A stretch of 32,032 bases of DNA from Thermodesulfobacteriota bacterium (GTDB taxonomy: Bacteria; Desulfobacterota; Desulfomonilia; UBA1062), in assembly GCA_034661115.1 (NCBI GenBank), contig JAYEKR010000256.1, forward strand, positions 1 through 32,032. The letters run 5' to 3'. The translations under genes and the position numbers were made by a program. The stretch's first letter is position 1; each line of letters opens with the position of its first letter. Under the pieces are notes generated by a model. It did not search any database and was not told the DNA's origin. It was given only the letters and a program-made list of their open reading frames with translations. This document shows positions 7,978 through 16,766 of the stretch, in pieces.

Positions 7978-7978
7978 A

Positions 7979-8809
7979 TCACCAATATTTCCCTGATTTT
8001 ACACCTGATTTTTTTGCATCAGGCACCTGGAAGCGGTAAAACCGGGACCTGTCTTCATGTACATTATCCAGCAGGGCCCCGGCCTTCTGCCGGCCAATCA
8101 TACCCTTGGTCTTGCCGGGTGCATCCCCATGTTCACCCTCATTGGCTAATTGAGCCTGTGAACCTTGTCCAGCAGGTTTTTCTTTATTATCCCTTTGCCC
8201 GGATGCCTCTTTATCTGCATCTGCATCTGCATTTTTTCCCTTTGTCTTGCCTTTATCCTGATTACCCTGTTTATTCTTATCAGCCTGATCTTTTGTGTTC
8301 TTATTGTTTCCTTTATCCTGGTCCTGTCTATCTCCCTGGTCTTTTTTATGCTGTTGTTTTTCTGTCTGGTCCTTTTTTTTGTTTTCCTGCTTTTTCTTAG
8401 CCCGCAGGGAGAGTTCCAGATTATACCTGGCATCCTCCTGGTCAGGCTTTAAAGCAAGTGCCTCTTTGAATGCCTCTATTGCCTGGTTGAATGCACCCTC
8501 TTTATACGCGCTGTTACCCAAATTAAAGAATGCATTAAATCTCATATTATTATCTTTTGAGCGTCGTGCGACACTCAAAAAGGCGGCCCTGGCCGCGGAA
8601 TATTCCTTTGCCTTATACGCGGCGCAGCCCTTATTGTACCTGAATTGAACCTGCCCGGGGTAATCCATGTCCAGGATTTCATACGCCTTTTTTGCATCGA
8701 GATACCTTCCCTGGTCATATAATTCATCCGGGCTGTAAGCGCCAAAGACCTGTGCAGGAAAAAAGACCACACATAAAACAATCATGGCCCTCAAAGCACC
8801 CTTATACAT
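7979..8809 (-). CDS. batC: BatC-like TPR protein with a K/D/Q/N-rich low-complexity tail
   Basis: Signal peptide, then TPR repeats (FNLGNSAYKEGAFNQAIEAFKEALALKPDQEDARYNLE). An approximately 100-aa charged tail follows (KKKQENKKKDQTEKQQHKKDQGDRQDQDKGNNKN...). Confidence 0.75.
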   Translation of the reverse strand: MYKGALRAMIVLCVVFFPAQVFGAYSPDELYDQGRYLDAKKAYEILDMDYPGQVQFRYNKGCAAYKAKEYSAARAAFLSVARRSKDNNMRFNAFFNLGNSAYKEGAFNQAIEAFKEALALKPDQEDARYNLELSLRAKKKQENKKKDQTEKQQHKKDQGDRQDQDKGNNKNTKDQADKNKQGNQDKGKTKGKNADADADKEASGQRDNKEKPAGQGSQAQLANEGEHGDAPGKTKGMIGRQKAGALLDNVHEDRSRFYRFQVPDAKKSGVKSGKYW

Positions 8810-9800
8810 GCCTGCCCCGTGCGACCATCAATCCCTCCAGCAGCAGCAATATAAACGCTGCCAGGAGAAAATATAAAAACCTCTCTTCATACACCCTTAT
8901 CTTTTCACTCTTTAGTTCCTGCACCTTTGTCATTGCATTGATACCATCAAAATAAAGGGTGTCCAGGTCAAGATCCCCGGTAACCGATCTTACGTACACG
9001 CCGCCTGTAATCTCTGTGATCTGCATAAGCCCTTTTTCATCCAGCTTTGACATGATGATCTTTCCCTTGGGATCCGTTGCAAACCCTTTTTTTTCGGCCG
9101 CAGGGACCGGTCCTCCATGGGGATCACCAATGCCAAAGACAAATATCCTGACGCCCTGGGCTGCGGCCTTTTTTGCCGCTGCAAGCCCCTGGCCCTCATT
9201 GTCTTCCCCATCCGTAATGAGAATAATCACCTTGTCTGTACGAGAATCAAAATCAAAACAGGAAAGGGTCTTTTCAATGGCAGCCCCCAGGTCAGTACCA
9301 GATACAGGGACCAGGTCTGGCCCGGCCTGGCTCAAAAACATCTCAATCGCACCATAATCCAGAGTCAGGGGACACTGGACAAATGCGGCCCCTGAAAACA
9401 CGACCAGCCCGACACGGTCCCCCCTGACAATACGCATAAAATCCATGACCTCGTGTCTTGCCCTGACAAGACGGCTTGGCTTGATGTCCTGCACCTCCAT
9501 ACTGGGCGATACATCCAGCGCAACCATGATATCCACGCCCTTCTGGGAGACCTCCTGTATATGAGAACCCCACCTCGGCCCTGCCAGGGCAAAGAGCATG
9601 CATGCCAGTGCAGCCAGGAGGAACATAGCCTTGAAAAACCTTACCCCCTTTCTTTCGCGCCCCACAATGGCATCTACGAGCTCGTCATCAACCATATCTT
9701 TTATAACCTGGGTCTTTTTCCTTTGTTCCACGATAACAGCCAGCAATACCAATGGAAGGACCCATAAAAGATGAAGAAGCATGGGATGTGCAAAGCTCAT
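8802..9800 (-). CDS. batB: VWA-domain membrane protein BatB
   Basis: N-terminal TM hairpin, a VWA domain with the MIDAS motif DVSPSM, LITDGEDNEG, and a C-terminal TM segment. It overlaps both neighbours (4 and 8 nt). Confidence 0.85.
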   Translation of the reverse strand: MSFAHPMLLHLLWVLPLVLLAVIVEQRKKTQVIKDMVDDELVDAIVGRERKGVRFFKAMFLLAALACMLFALAGPRWGSHIQEVSQKGVDIMVALDVSPSMEVQDIKPSRLVRARHEVMDFMRIVRGDRVGLVVFSGAAFVQCPLTLDYGAIEMFLSQAGPDLVPVSGTDLGAAIEKTLSCFDFDSRTDKVIILITDGEDNEGQGLAAAKKAAAQGVRIFVFGIGDPHGGPVPAAEKKGFATDPKGKIIMSKLDEKGLMQITEITGGVYVRSVTGDLDLDTLYFDGINAMTKVQELKSEKIRVYEERFLYFLLAAFILLLLEGLMVARGRHV

Positions 9801-10795
9801 GGCAGCACCCCCAGGATGGTGGCCTTCAGCACAAGTTCAATCCCCAGAAGCAGCAGGGAGGGCACAAGAAAATAGAGATACAATTCCTTGAAATGAAAGA
9901 ACTTTTTGACCTTGACCTCTGTTTTTTCCATGTGGTCAATGGCATTGTATATCTCTGAGAGCTCTTTTGTGTCAGATGCCAGAAAATACCTGCCCCCTGT
10001 GATCGCTGCAACCTGTTTCAGTGTCTCTTCATCCAGGTCCACTCTCCGGTAGACGGTACGCGGTCCGAACATGGTATTTACCAAAAACGGGGCCTCGCCA
10101 TAACCCCCTACACCGATGCTGTATATTTTTACTCCGAATGCCTCAACCGCACCGGCGGCCTGGACCGGTATGATATCCCCTGCATTGCTGCGTCCGTCCG
10201 TGAGCAGGATAATGAGCTTTGTCTTTGCCTTGAGGTCCTTGAGCCTTTTGCCTGCGATTGCAATGGCGGACCCGATCGCGGTCTCCTCCCCTGCCATTCC
10301 TATACTCATATCATCCACCAGGCCCAGCAGCAGGCCCTTGTCCATGGTCAGGGGGGACTGGGTAAAGGCCTCTGAACCAAAGACAACCAGTCCTATGCGG
10401 TCTGCGGGCCTTTTTTCTATAAACCCGTCCACCACGTGTTTTACCGCATCGAGCCGGGTTACATTTTCCCTGTCCAGCTTGAAATCCATGGCCCGCATGG
10501 ATCCTGAGGTATCAATGCAAAGCACGATATCCACGCCTGAAGACCTTACCTCATGCGAGACATTGTAGAGTTGAGGCCGCCCTGCGGCAAGGATCAACAG
10601 CACCAGGCAGAGTATGCGCAGCATGAACACGGCCCTGTCAGCCATGCGTCCGGAGGCCCCTGCCACCCGGATGAGCCGGGATGTCATGGAATATGTAATG
10701 CTTCCCGTCTTTGTCCTGAACCGAAAAAAGATCCATATGCCCAGCAAGGAAAAGAGCACAAGAAGTACAACCGGATAAGCAAACCGGAACATCAT
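9797..10795 (-). CDS. batA: VWA-domain membrane protein BatA
   Basis: N-terminal TM segments, MIDAS DTSGSM, LLTDGRSNAG, and a C-terminal TM segment. ATGA-type overlaps with both neighbours. Confidence 0.85.
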   Translation of the reverse strand: MMFRFAYPVVLLVLFSLLGIWIFFRFRTKTGSITYSMTSRLIRVAGASGRMADRAVFMLRILCLVLLILAAGRPQLYNVSHEVRSSGVDIVLCIDTSGSMRAMDFKLDRENVTRLDAVKHVVDGFIEKRPADRIGLVVFGSEAFTQSPLTMDKGLLLGLVDDMSIGMAGEETAIGSAIAIAGKRLKDLKAKTKLIILLTDGRSNAGDIIPVQAAGAVEAFGVKIYSIGVGGYGEAPFLVNTMFGPRTVYRRVDLDEETLKQVAAITGGRYFLASDTKELSEIYNAIDHMEKTEVKVKKFFHFKELYLYFLVPSLLLLGIELVLKATILGVLP

Positions 10796-11718
10796 GAGAC
10801 AGCCCCCTTGTCAGTACCTGTTGGATCTTCATCCAGGACCTGGGGACGCGTTTTGTCTATATAAACAATGGCGTTTTTTATGTCCGCTTTTGCCTGCAAT
10901 GGCTCAACGCGCGCATCGGCAAACTTGATAAGGTCAAACCGTCTCAAAAGGTCAACCAGGTCACGGTCGTCTCCCTCCAGGTGCCGGGCAATCTCTTCCG
11001 TGGTGAAATCCGCAGCCGGAAACCCCCTCAATGCACCTGCATACTGCTTCATGACAGCAGACAACCTGAAATAAAAGGCCTTTGCCTCCTGCCTTTCAAC
11101 CAGGCCCAGGGCCACCAGCTCCTGTATCTGCCTCTTTGCCAGCACATGGCACGGTTCTGTGTCCACAACATTGTTTTGCTTTCTTTTTTTAAACCACCAT
11201 ATAAACCCGCACACCATAAGGATACCCACTGCAAAAATGCCAATCCACATAAGATATCTCAGCCAGACAGACCTTGAATAAACAATATCCCGAAGGGGCT
11301 TCAGTTGTACCTTGTCCGGGTCCTTTCCAATATTGGTAAGGATATCCATGGAAACCGGATCACTGACAAGGACAATCTTTTCCTTGTCCGAGCTCTCACA
11401 GGTCAGAGAAAGGTTCTTTGTGCGCAGGTCCCCTACCCTGTCAACCAGTATTCTGTATGTGATCCTCCCGGGGATTGCCCGGCGCTCGACCACGTCAAGG
11501 TCTTCAAGGCCCTTGACCTCAAACCCGGCTGAAAGGGTGGCTCCTTCAGGAAGTTGGTAAGAGATGGTCAGGTCCACGACCTGCCCTGTCTTTGCCGCGA
11601 TTTTGCCGAAAGATGCATCCATGCCTGCCTCGGAGGAGTGCCCAACAGCACCTGCCAGCACAAAAAAGAGGACAGACCATATAAGGCAAAGCAAAAGACG
11701 TGAATGCGGGCTAGACAT
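10792..11718 (-). CDS. DUF4381-like membrane protein with an N-terminal extracytoplasmic extension
   Basis: The preferred start is ATG 11718 (MSSPHSRLLLCLIWSVLFFVLAG, a signal-like sequence). A central TM segment (YLMWIGIFAVGILMVCGFIWWF) is followed by KKRK and a helical tail. This is the DUF4381 arrangement usually found between DUF58 and batA. Confidence 0.6.
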   Translation of the reverse strand: MSSPHSRLLLCLIWSVLFFVLAGAVGHSSEAGMDASFGKIAAKTGQVVDLTISYQLPEGATLSAGFEVKGLEDLDVVERRAIPGRITYRILVDRVGDLRTKNLSLTCESSDKEKIVLVSDPVSMDILTNIGKDPDKVQLKPLRDIVYSRSVWLRYLMWIGIFAVGILMVCGFIWWFKKRKQNNVVDTEPCHVLAKRQIQELVALGLVERQEAKAFYFRLSAVMKQYAGALRGFPAADFTTEEIARHLEGDDRDLVDLLRRFDLIKFADARVEPLQAKADIKNAIVYIDKTRPQVLDEDPTGTDKGAVS

Positions 11719-12592
11719 TGATGCGTTTTTTTCTCCTTTCAAACAGACGTCCAAGGGGTTCCACCACGTCTGAGCCGGTATCCAGGTCCACCAGATCCAC
11801 GCCCATACCCTTTAACAATGAGACAAAACAATCATTGCGTTCCTGCATATCTTCACGCCAGGCATGTCTCAGTGCTTTGCTGCTTGTGTTGATCTTGGCC
11901 CGTTCGCCTGTCTCGGGGTCCTGCAGGGTAAGAATCCCTGCGTCCGGCAACTGTGTTTCCGCTATATCCGATATACGGATCACGGTCAGGTCGTGTTTTT
12001 TTGCGCTGAACCTCATGGACTTTTCAAACCCCTCATCCATGCAGTCAGAGAGAAGGAAGACAATGGCGTGTCTTTTCACCACACGGTTCAGGTAGCATAG
12101 CGCGGATGCGATATCGGTCCCGGGATCCAGGGGCTCAAAGGTGAATATCTCCCTGATCAGGTGCCACACATTGGATGCGCCCTTTCTCGGGGGAAGGAAC
12201 TTCTCCACGCGCGAGCTGAACAAAATGGCGCCCACCTTGTCATTGGTCCGTATGGCCAGAAAGGCCAGCATTCCCGCCACCTCTGCCATGAGTTCACGCT
12301 TGAAGCGTTTTCTGGTGCCAAAGGCATGCGACCCTGAGATATCCAGCATCAGCATGATGGTAAGCTCCCTTTCCTCATGAAAGACCTTTACAAAGGGCTG
12401 GGAAAACCGTGCCGAGACATTCCAGTCAATGTTCCGGATATCATCGCCTACCTGGTATTGTCTTACCTCGGCGAACTCCATGCCCTGGCCCTTAAACGCG
12501 CTCTCGTACTGGCCAGCAAACATCTCATTGGCCAGATGCCTGGTCTTGAAATGAAACTGCTGTATCTTCCTTAAGACCTCAGGGGAAAGCAT
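11711..12592 (-). CDS. DUF58 protein (VWA-like, MoxR partner)
   Basis: FKGQGMEFAEVRQYQVGDDIRNIDWNVSAR is the DUF58 signature. It lies immediately after moxR (stop and start adjacent, TGAATG). Confidence 0.85.
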   Translation of the reverse strand: MLSPEVLRKIQQFHFKTRHLANEMFAGQYESAFKGQGMEFAEVRQYQVGDDIRNIDWNVSARFSQPFVKVFHEERELTIMLMLDISGSHAFGTRKRFKRELMAEVAGMLAFLAIRTNDKVGAILFSSRVEKFLPPRKGASNVWHLIREIFTFEPLDPGTDIASALCYLNRVVKRHAIVFLLSDCMDEGFEKSMRFSAKKHDLTVIRISDIAETQLPDAGILTLQDPETGERAKINTSSKALRHAWREDMQERNDCFVSLLKGMGVDLVDLDTGSDVVEPLGRLFERRKKRINV

Positions 12593-13573
12593 TCAGGGCA
12601 CCTCCATACGCTCCAGGATAATCTCTATGAGATCATCCGTGCTCATGCCTTCGGCCTGCGCCTCATAGTTCAGGAGGATCCGGTGCCTGAGGATATCCGG
12701 GGCCATAACCTTTACATCCTGCGGCGTGACATATCCCCTTGACTGGAGAAAGGCATGCGCCCTGGATGCCAGGCCCAGCCATATGGATGCCCTTGGTGAT
12801 GCCCCGTAGGCGATCATGGGGCCTATGTCGAGGTTAAACTGCCCGGGGTCCCTGGTAGCCATGGAGAGCGATACAATATAATCCATAATCTTTTCTTCCA
12901 TGTGGACCGATTTTATGACCTGTCTGGCAGCCTCTATCTGGGACACATTTACCACTGCAGAGGCGCTGTCAACGGCCCCGCTGTAGACCCGCTCCATGAT
13001 CTGCCTCTCTTCATGCATTGAGGGATAATCCACCCGGATCTTCATCATGAAACGGTCTATTTGCGCCTCTGGAAGAGGATAGGTCCCCTCCTGTTCAATG
13101 GGGTTCTGGGTGGCAAGCACAAGGAACGGTCTTTGAAGCGCAAAGGTCTCTTCGCCTATGGTCACCTGGGCCTCCTGCATGGCCTCCAGGAGAGCGCTCT
13201 GCACCTTGGCCGGCGCACGGTTGATCTCATCGGCCAGGATGATATTATGAAAAATCGGGCCCTTTTTTATCTCAAAGGTCGCCCGGTCCGGCCGGTATAT
13301 CTGGGTCCCCAGGATATCAGCAGGTAAGAGGTCAGGCGTAAACTGGATGCGCTGAAAGGTAGCGTCAATGCTCGATGCAAGCGCCTTGACCGCGGTTGTC
13401 TTGGCAAGACCGGGGAGACCTTCAATGAGAAGATGCCCCTCGCATAAGAGCCCTATCATCATCCTTTCCACAACCTCTGACTGACCCACCACCACCTTGG
13501 AGATCTCAGAGATGATCTGGCGACATACAATGTTTTGTTTCTCTACCTCCCTTGTAATTTCCGGTATATCCAT
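12593..13573 (-). CDS. moxR: MoxR-family AAA+ ATPase
   Basis: Walker A GLPGLAKT, Walker B ILADEINRA, FLVLATQNPIEQEGTYPLPEAQIDRF, and a C-terminal GASPRA motif. Confidence 0.95.
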   Translation of the reverse strand: MDIPEITREVEKQNIVCRQIISEISKVVVGQSEVVERMMIGLLCEGHLLIEGLPGLAKTTAVKALASSIDATFQRIQFTPDLLPADILGTQIYRPDRATFEIKKGPIFHNIILADEINRAPAKVQSALLEAMQEAQVTIGEETFALQRPFLVLATQNPIEQEGTYPLPEAQIDRFMMKIRVDYPSMHEERQIMERVYSGAVDSASAVVNVSQIEAARQVIKSVHMEEKIMDYIVSLSMATRDPGQFNLDIGPMIAYGASPRASIWLGLASRAHAFLQSRGYVTPQDVKVMAPDILRHRILLNYEAQAEGMSTDDLIEIILERMEVP

Positions 13574-13600
13574 AATTCAAACCCCCTCCTGAAAGAAATC

Positions 13601-13628
13601 TCTATAACCAATTCAGTTTGTATTTCAA
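13601..13628 (-). promoter_or_regulatory. Candidate sigma70-type promoter of the Bat operon
   Basis: On the minus strand: TTGAAA (13628-13623), a 16-nt spacer, then TATAGA (13606-13601). It sits about 28 nt upstream of the moxR ATG, with an AGGAGGGGG Shine-Dalgarno sequence. Confidence 0.3.
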
Positions 13629-13666
13629 GAGATTTTTAGAGACCCTTATGGACTGCTGTGCCTGAT

Positions 13667-14563
13667 CTATTGCCCTGGTGATCGGGTAGTCTTCCAGAGC
13701 CGGGAAAAGAGCATGCCGCAAAGCATAAGCACGCATCCAGTCAGTTCCCGTACAGAAAGCATTTCTCTGAGGAACAGCCAGCCGCCCACAGCGGCGAATA
13801 CCGACTCCAGACTCAGGATAATGGCCGAGTGCGCCGGAGGTGCATGTCTCTGGGCCACCACCTGCAGAGTGTAGGCCATGCCCACCGAAAAAACACCTCC
13901 GTAAAAGATCGGCACCATGGCCTGAATGATGGAGTGCATAGTAATGGTCTCAACGCACAAGGCAATTACCAGGCTCAGCGCCGAGCAAACCATGTACTGG
14001 CAAAAGGCCAGTCGAATGGGATTTCGCCACGGAGAGATCCAGCCGATAACGATCACATGCAGGGCCCAGAAAAATGCACTGGCAAGCACCAGCATATCGC
14101 CAAAGGCCATGGTAAACTGCTCGGTAACACTTAGGAGATACATCCCGACCGCTGCAAGAACTACCCCGATCCAGGTGCCTGTATGCGTTCGATGACCAAA
14201 AACAAGCCCCATGATGGGCACGATCACCACATACAACCCTGTAATGAACCCGGCATTGCCTGCACTGGTATAGACCAGACCCGCCTGCTGCAGCGAGGCC
14301 CCGCTGAAAAGAACAACCCCTGCAAGCCCTCCTGAAAACATCATTGTCCTGAGAGAACCTGTCTTTTTTTGTTTTTCCCCTGTATTCCAGTTGTCTTTCA
14401 ATAAAAAGGGCAGCAGGACCATGGCCCCCAGCAAAAAGCGCACCCCGTTAAAGGTAAAAGGCCCCACATACTCCATGCCCACACGTTGCGCCACAAAGGC
14501 CAGGCCCCATATAACAGCGGTGGTCAGCAGCAGCGCATCTGATCTGAGAGCCTTTTTATCCAT
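13667..14563 (-). CDS. EamA/DMT-family transporter
   Basis: 10-TM protein with two EamA halves (TAVIWGLAFVAQR...). I prefer the ATG at 14563 (MDKKALRSDALLL), because the ORF-track start at 14593 is a TTG. Confidence 0.85.
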   Translation of the reverse strand: MDKKALRSDALLLTTAVIWGLAFVAQRVGMEYVGPFTFNGVRFLLGAMVLLPFLLKDNWNTGEKQKKTGSLRTMMFSGGLAGVVLFSGASLQQAGLVYTSAGNAGFITGLYVVIVPIMGLVFGHRTHTGTWIGVVLAAVGMYLLSVTEQFTMAFGDMLVLASAFFWALHVIVIGWISPWRNPIRLAFCQYMVCSALSLVIALCVETITMHSIIQAMVPIFYGGVFSVGMAYTLQVVAQRHAPPAHSAIILSLESVFAAVGGWLFLREMLSVRELTGCVLMLCGMLFSRLWKTTRSPGQ

Positions 14564-14565
14564 GT

Positions 14566-14664
14566 TTATGTATGGGCATGAATCGCATCGCAAAACGTAG
14601 CCAGGACAGCCGCCATTAATGCCTGGGGCAGCATGGACAGCATGGGAATTCTGGGATCATACAT
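14566..14664 (-). CDS. Candidate 32-codon upstream ORF / small protein
   Basis: AGGAGG (14677-14672), a 7-nt spacer, then ATG 14664. It encodes MYDPRIPMLSMLPQALMAAVLATFCDAIHAHT and its TAA ends 2 nt before the transporter ATG. There is no homology evidence. Confidence 0.35.
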   Translation of the reverse strand: MYDPRIPMLSMLPQALMAAVLATFCDAIHAHT

Positions 14665-14888
14665 GGGCGTTCCTCCTGAGTTAGAAAGATAAAAATCCGC
14701 TCTATTAAATTCGGCATGATAGATTTCATATAAATATATTCATTCTCCGTAGTGCTTTGGCTTGTTATGATTATCAAAGGATATATGTACTCTTGGTAAA
14801 AACAAAAAACGCCCACTACGCTCCCCAACTTATAAATCACCATTTCCTGTCCAAACAACCGGAGCTACTTCTGTCCATCAGGATATTT

Positions 14889-15176
14889 TCAATATACCTT
14901 CTTTGGCCACTTCATGGATGTATGCATCACTCGCAAAATGATCACGGCTCCTTCTTTCTCGACATATGGCATAATGTACGGAAGGCCCGGAATAACAAGT
15001 TCTCGTGTTCCTGAAACCTTTCCTGGTCGGCCTATTCCCGGTTGACTGGCCAGCATTTGTGCGGCGTCCCAAATTCGTTGCGCCACTTCTGCCGATGCCT
15101 TGAGATTGTCTGCGGCAATATATTCAACAGCATCATCCAGATTTTCAAGCACATCGAGCGTCCATCTAACCTGCAT
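14889..15176 (-). CDS. parE: ParE/RelE-family toxin
   Basis: 95 aa. The sequence MQVRWTLDVLENLDDAVEYIAADN...GRPGKVSGTRELVI...PYIMPYVEKEGAVIILRVMH follows the ParE pattern. It overlaps the antitoxin gene by 11 nt. Confidence 0.85.
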   Translation of the reverse strand: MQVRWTLDVLENLDDAVEYIAADNLKASAEVAQRIWDAAQMLASQPGIGRPGKVSGTRELVIPGLPYIMPYVEKEGAVIILRVMHTSMKWPKKVY

Positions 15177-15405
15177 TTACGCCCCATTTGCGAAAACTTG
15201 CGGCCACCTTATCGTGCGTTGCGATCTCACCTCGCTCCACCTGTTCAAGGCCATCTTTGACTTCTTTAATAAACCATTCTTCGTAGTCCAGAAACCTGTC
15301 AATAGCCTGATTGATCACCCAAGACCTTGATCGGCTTAAGGTTTTTGCCAGACCGTCAATGCGGTCCAGCATACCGTCGTCAATACGAACGGTTGTTGCT
15401 TTCAT
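15166..15405 (-). CDS. Ribbon-helix-helix (CopG/ParD-like) antitoxin
   Basis: Begins at ATG 15405 (MKATTVRIDDGMLDRIDGLAKTLSRSRSWVINQAIDRFL) with GGGAGGT upstream. The RHH N-terminus is followed by a toxin-binding tail. Confidence 0.8.
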   Translation of the reverse strand: MKATTVRIDDGMLDRIDGLAKTLSRSRSWVINQAIDRFLDYEEWFIKEVKDGLEQVERGEIATHDKVAASFRKWGVNAG

Positions 15406-15423
15406 AAAAAACCTCCCATGCTG

Positions 15424-15450
15424 GTATTCTACTCGAATACATTTGAATAC
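15424..15450. promoter_or_regulatory. Possible ParD operator repeats
   Basis: GTATTC (15424-15429) and GAATAC (15435-15440) form an inverted repeat, and a further direct GAATAC lies at 15445-15450. All sit 20-45 nt upstream of the antitoxin start. Confidence 0.3.
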
Positions 15451-15700
15451 AATAAAAATCAATTCAAATAAGAATCGGGGACAGGTTCATATTTTTGGTT
15501 GAGGGTCTTCACAAAGGATCTATACAAAACAACCATCTATCAAAGGGTGCATGTTGAAGTTATAAAGGGTAAGGCTTATTTGAACCCTGTGCACCGAGCA
15601 TGGGTTGATCATCCTTACCATCCCTTTTTTTATCCAAAGCTCCAGATGGTCAATTTTCGGTTGTTATTTCGCAATGCATGGCCAGTCGGCCACAAACCAC

Positions 15701-16447
15701 CTAACCGGATGGATAGCTGCTTCTCAGCGAGATATCCTCGGCAAGGAGAGTCTTTTTTTTCTCCAGGACCACCCTGAGTCTTTTAAGGGAGGTGAATTCT
15801 ATCTGCCTTACACGCTCCCTTGTCACCCCTATCACCAGGGATATATCCCTTAATGTTGATGGCGGGTCATTGAAAAACCGCTGTTTGATAATAAAAACCT
15901 CTCTTTGTGAAAGGATCGGCGGGTCTGAGTCAAGAATGGACATCAGACAGGAATGCCTTTCTTTGCCTGCGTAAAAACTCTCCTGATCCGCACGGGAACA
16001 GGACAACCGATCCATGAGGGTTGTCTCGTTTCCCCCGTCAGAAGACAAGGCGGCATCAAGAGATACCAAATATTTCGAATGAGTCAGTCTTCCTTTTTGA
16101 GGATGATAGCTGTTGTGAACAAAATTACTGATATAGGCCCTGACCCACCACGCAGCATAATATATGAATTTTACTTGCCTTTCCGGATCAAAACGGCTCA
16201 AAGCCTTTACAAGCCCCAGATTGCCTTCCTGAACAATCTCAAGTGGGCCGTATCCCATACAGAAATATGGACGCCCCTGCCGAACAACAAACCTCAGATT
16301 GGATATAATAATCCTGTGACCAGCATCCAGATCCCCTGCCTTATAACTTCGCGCCAGATCAAACTCCTCTTCAGCGCTAAGCAAAGGATATTTATTGATT
16401 TTTTTGATATAATTCCCCAAACCTGAATCCGAATACCTGCTCCCCAT
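15701..16447 (-). CDS. Sigma-70 family RNA polymerase sigma factor, divergent RpoH-like
   Basis: LLSAEEEFDLARSYKAGDLDAGHRIIISNLRFVV (regions 1.2/2.1), IVQEGNLGLVKALSRFDP and YAAWWVRAYI (2.2-2.4), and a region 4.2 HTH LRDISLVIGVTRERVRQIEFTSLKRL. There is no obvious RpoH box. Confidence 0.85.
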   Translation of the reverse strand: MGSRYSDSGLGNYIKKINKYPLLSAEEEFDLARSYKAGDLDAGHRIIISNLRFVVRQGRPYFCMGYGPLEIVQEGNLGLVKALSRFDPERQVKFIYYAAWWVRAYISNFVHNSYHPQKGRLTHSKYLVSLDAALSSDGGNETTLMDRLSCSRADQESFYAGKERHSCLMSILDSDPPILSQREVFIIKQRFFNDPPSTLRDISLVIGVTRERVRQIEFTSLKRLRVVLEKKKTLLAEDISLRSSYPSG

Positions 16448-16766
16448 AGACCCCCCCTTGAAACCATTTATCCTATTTATCTCAACAATATCCGTACCAA
16501 CTGCGGCCTCAGACGAAAATTATTTTATTAATGCTTTAAATTCAACATATTACATCCTGCTTCCTAAATACAATGTGGATACAAAATCAAAACAATCATG
16601 TAACATCACCCATGATACGTATTTACATTTATGTATCATTTTACACTTTACTCTGACACAGGCACACCCCGCTCCATAAACGATATGATAATTTATTATT
16701 TACTTTTCATTATCTTCTTTTTCGTATAAACTTGTTGATACTAAAAATCATATCTTGAGGGGGTTA

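Noticed and set aside
8146-8452. Several 95-128-aa ORFs on both strands within 8014-8648
   Set aside because: They are artefacts of the low-complexity K/D/Q/N-rich coding repeat in the batC tail. The BatC frame is supported by the TPR domain and by operon coupling.
14616-14858. 80-aa ORF ending in the cysteine-rich PCCPCCPRH
   Set aside because: Most of it runs through AT-rich intergenic sequence without a Shine-Dalgarno sequence. The strong AGGAGG in this region is correctly spaced for a different frame, the 32-codon uORF reported above.
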